Assembly: GCF_000014265.1 (NCBI RefSeq)
Contig: NC_008312.1
Coordinates: 60,001 to 92,000 of the forward strand
From: Trichodesmium erythraeum IMS101
GTDB taxonomy: Bacteria; Cyanobacteriota; Cyanobacteriia; Cyanobacteriales; Microcoleaceae
DNA: 32,000 bases
Reading direction: 5' to 3'
The position numbers and the translations under genes were made by a program. The notes under the pieces were generated by a model. The model did no database searches. It was not told where the DNA came from and saw only the letters and a program-made list of their open reading frames with translations. This document shows positions 29,456 to 32,000 of the stretch, one piece after another (the stretch's first letter is position 1; every line of letters starts with the position of its first letter).

Positions 29456-31868
29456 GCGTTGGTGAATTAAGGTATGATTTGAGTTTATAGCGATCGCGAT
29501 CTTAGGCAGAAAAATTATAGAATGTCCAGAATGTCAATCAACTCACATCAATAAAAATGGCCAAAAGAAAGGAAAGCAAAACTACATCTGTGTTTATTGT
29601 GGTCGTTAATTTATTGATTGCTGAAACTTATACAGTTTATAGTGATCAACTCACAGATGAATGGTTAAAATGTATGTTAATGCTATGGGTTTAAGAGGAA
29701 TATCAAGAGTGAAAAAGGTACACTGTACTACAATTATCAACTTGATTAAATAAGTAGGAAAACTATTATCAAGTTCTTACTCTCCTGAAGAAACTCCTCA
29801 AGTAGGATAGCTAGAAGAATTACAGACATAATTATGCTCAAAAAAACCAAATTTGGCTATGAACGGCAATAAATCATTTTAAAAAAGGAATTTTAGAATG
29901 GGTTATTGGAAATTGTAGTGGAAAAACATTTTATCCTTTATGGGAACAAGTTAAAAAATAGGAATGTCCTCCTTTAAGTTACAGATGGATGGAAAGTATA
30001 TGCCAAGGCCTATTAATGATGGGGATAAAATTATCGGCAAAACCTATATGACCATTGTAGTTGGAGAAAATACTAGACTTCGGCAATATCTTGCCAGATG
30101 ACATCGAAAGACTCTTTGCTCTCACGGGGTGACAAGTAAGCTTAATGATAGATATAGTAATTATTTGAGAGAATAAATTGAATAATTAATTCAATTAAAA
30201 AAGAAAGCTTATTGAGTTTGAGAGGTAGCGATCGCCAATTCACTCTTATCTACCATCTGAGTTGAATAATTATCCAAGCTGTATGAGAATATAATATTAT
30301 TAAAAAACTCACATGAATTAATTTATTGTTAATCAAAAATTACAGTCTAATTAACCACTGTATTCATCGCTTTGAGTCCCCTTTGATAATATAGTAATTT
30401 ATGAGGATTAAGGCTCATTAAATTTTCTACTAATCCCCAGATAAAATCATAATTTATTGCCCAATAAATCATAGATAATTCTACAAGAAAAATACTGTTT
30501 CTTCTTTTTTTATTCTCACTTTTTCATTAGTTATTGATATATATTTTTAACCACTTTATTTTTAATTTTTTTGGACTTGAAATGAACTAATTGTGTATAA
30601 AATAGCTATTAATAAAATTAAATTACTTAATCTCGTTTCATTAGCCTTAGCTGATTTTAGATTGTAACCACAAGTTTTATATTCTTTAAAAATTGCTTCA
30701 TTTCCCATTCTCTGACTATATATTTTTTTAATCTTTTCAGGAGATGATAAATTGGAGAGAATATACCATTTATCTAGAACATATTTTTGACAATATTTCT
30801 GTTTTTTATACACGAGTAAATTATATGTTTTTGCCTTCAAAATTTTGGGTAATACATGCTTCAATAATAGTTTAGTCTCACCGAAATTTACTTTTAATTC
30901 TGAGGTTTTACAATATTTTTTACTTCGTTTAATTATCGTCGATTTTGTTTTTAGAAAACAAAATATACATCTTGCTTCTGATATTTTTTCAACCAGTGAG
31001 ATAGAAAAATACTATGGAACTATCTATCTGCTGTCATCATGATTTTCTGGCTTTTTAATAATCTTATAACTGGATAAATTACTGCTTTTTGTTCGGTTAA
31101 ATTACTAGCTCCTTATGAGTTAAAATTTTCCAATATAATGGTATTTTCCTCTTTTTTAAAGCTAAACTAATCATTAATATATTAGTATTTTGCCACTGAG
31201 TTATATCTAAAATTAATACTAATTCTGAGGAAATACTAAATAAATTTTCTATGATTTTTTTTAACTAAAGGAAACTAAAATAAAGGTAGGCTTAACTATT
31301 TTAAAGTTAAAAACCTTTCGCATAAGTTTTCGCTTACTTTCTAATTTTATTGGTAGGGAAAAATAATTACTTAATTTTGATATCTGTACAGTTTTATGTA
31401 CAGATACTTACGTATAATAATATTTGTAATGTTATTACTTGAGATGGACTCAATTTTTGCTTAATATGGCTTTTATAAAAGCCTAATATATTCACTTTTA
31501 TTTATTTTTTTTGTAATTACTAACCCTTTTTTATCATATTTTTAACTATTTTCAAAACTTTTTAAATGAATAAATAATAAACTCAGATGGTGGATAAGAG
31601 TGAATTGGCGATCGCTACCTCCCAACCTCAATAAACTTTATTTTTAAATTGAATTATTATTTAACTTATTATCTCAAATAATTACTATACCTACTATTAA
31701 GCTGACTTGTCACCCCGTGAGCTCTTTGCTACTCAAAATAATTCCGAGAAGTTCAAGCATTTAATTCGCTTACTGATTCAGTAAACATCAATTTTGGGAT
31801 GTTCCAGTTCCTTATAGATATTCATAGCGATCGCTATAAACTCAAATCATACCTTAATTCACCAACGC
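29456..31868 (+). mobile_element. IS1-family element (same subtype as 1260-2017 and 27820-28654), degraded and split by a 1.6-kb IS4-like insertion
   Basis: The left inverted repeat GCGTTGGTGAATTAAGGTATGATTTGAG...GCGATCGC is at 29456, and its inverted partner ends at 31868. The ORF remnants ...DGDKIIGKTYMTIVVGENTRLRQYLAR.HRKTLC (to 30120) resume as YSK...KFKHLIRLLIQ after 31730. Confidence 0.8.
30121..31721 (-). mobile_element. IS4-family element (1601 bp) with ~140-bp imperfect terminal inverted repeats and a degraded transposase, inserted with a 9-bp target duplication
   Basis: CTCTTTGCT occurs at 30112-30120 and 31722-31730. The TIRs at 30121-30262 and 31581-31721 both start CTCACGGGGTGACAAGT. 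Minus-strand remnants are LILDITQWQNTNILMISLALKKRKIPLYWKIL and ORF 30562..30864 (WYILSNL...IYSQRMGNEAIFKEYKTCGYNLKSAKANETRLSNLILLIAI). Confidence 0.8.
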
Positions 31869-32000
31869 CCATAAGCATTACTATAGTTATAGTCCCAGTT
31901 AAACTTTTGGTTTCTACTTCTATATTAGCTTGATACACTCTATCACTCTTGTGTTGAGAGTAGTGATCAATTATTACCTACCCCATCATATTGAGTAAAT

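Noticed and set aside
30845-31042. 65-aa + strand ORF
   Set aside because: It is antisense to the degraded IS4-like transposase.
31581-31868. Initially read as a separate internally deleted (MITE-like) inverted copy of the IS1-like element
   Set aside because: The 9-bp duplication CTCTTTGCT and the resumption of the IS1 reading frame show a different structure. The segment is the right TIR of the inserted IS4-like element plus the authentic right end of the same IS1-like element.
1-32000. Search by eye for CRISPR arrays, tRNA/rRNA genes, reverse transcriptase/DGR or retron signatures
   Set aside because: I saw no regularly spaced direct repeats with unique spacers, no tRNA-like T-arm/acceptor patterns (GGTTCGAATCC type) and no RT motifs (YxDD) in any ORF. 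All tandem repeats found are simple 2-3-unit duplications.

Overview
AT-rich cyanobacterial chromosome segment. I counted 17 copies of the HIP1 octamer GCGATCGC by eye, where fewer than one is expected by chance at this composition. The gene content (CHAT, NACHT, WD40-kinase, pentapeptide, DUF760) is typical of filamentous cyanobacteria. The region is heavily eroded. About eight genes look intact: a DUF2103-like ORF, a DUF760 protein, argJ, a GH57 glucan-branching-type enzyme, a CHAT protease ORF, a secreted pentapeptide-repeat protein, a Ser/Thr kinase-TM-WD40 protein and msrP. The rest is mostly insertion-sequence debris from at least five families (IS630-like, three IS1-like subtypes, IS5/Harbinger-like, IS701-like, IS4-like). 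Several nested insertions can be reconstructed to the base pair from their target-site duplications. The most interesting content is a same-strand block at about 10.9-21.1 kb. It holds an unrecognised 110-codon small ORF broken by one in-frame TAA, a CHAT (caspase-like) protease fused to a degenerate STAND NTPase start, an orphan ORF fragment, and a roughly 1150-codon NACHT-HEAT protein with repeats, a TM helix and a small C-terminal domain. That NACHT gene is split by an IS701-like element. The block looks like a conflict or programmed-cell-death-type system that is decaying in this genome. I cannot name the small protein or show that the genes work together, so this remains a hypothesis for comparative genomics. 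I found no tRNA, rRNA or CRISPR array. All coordinates, identities and repeat periods were derived by eye, not by alignment software.
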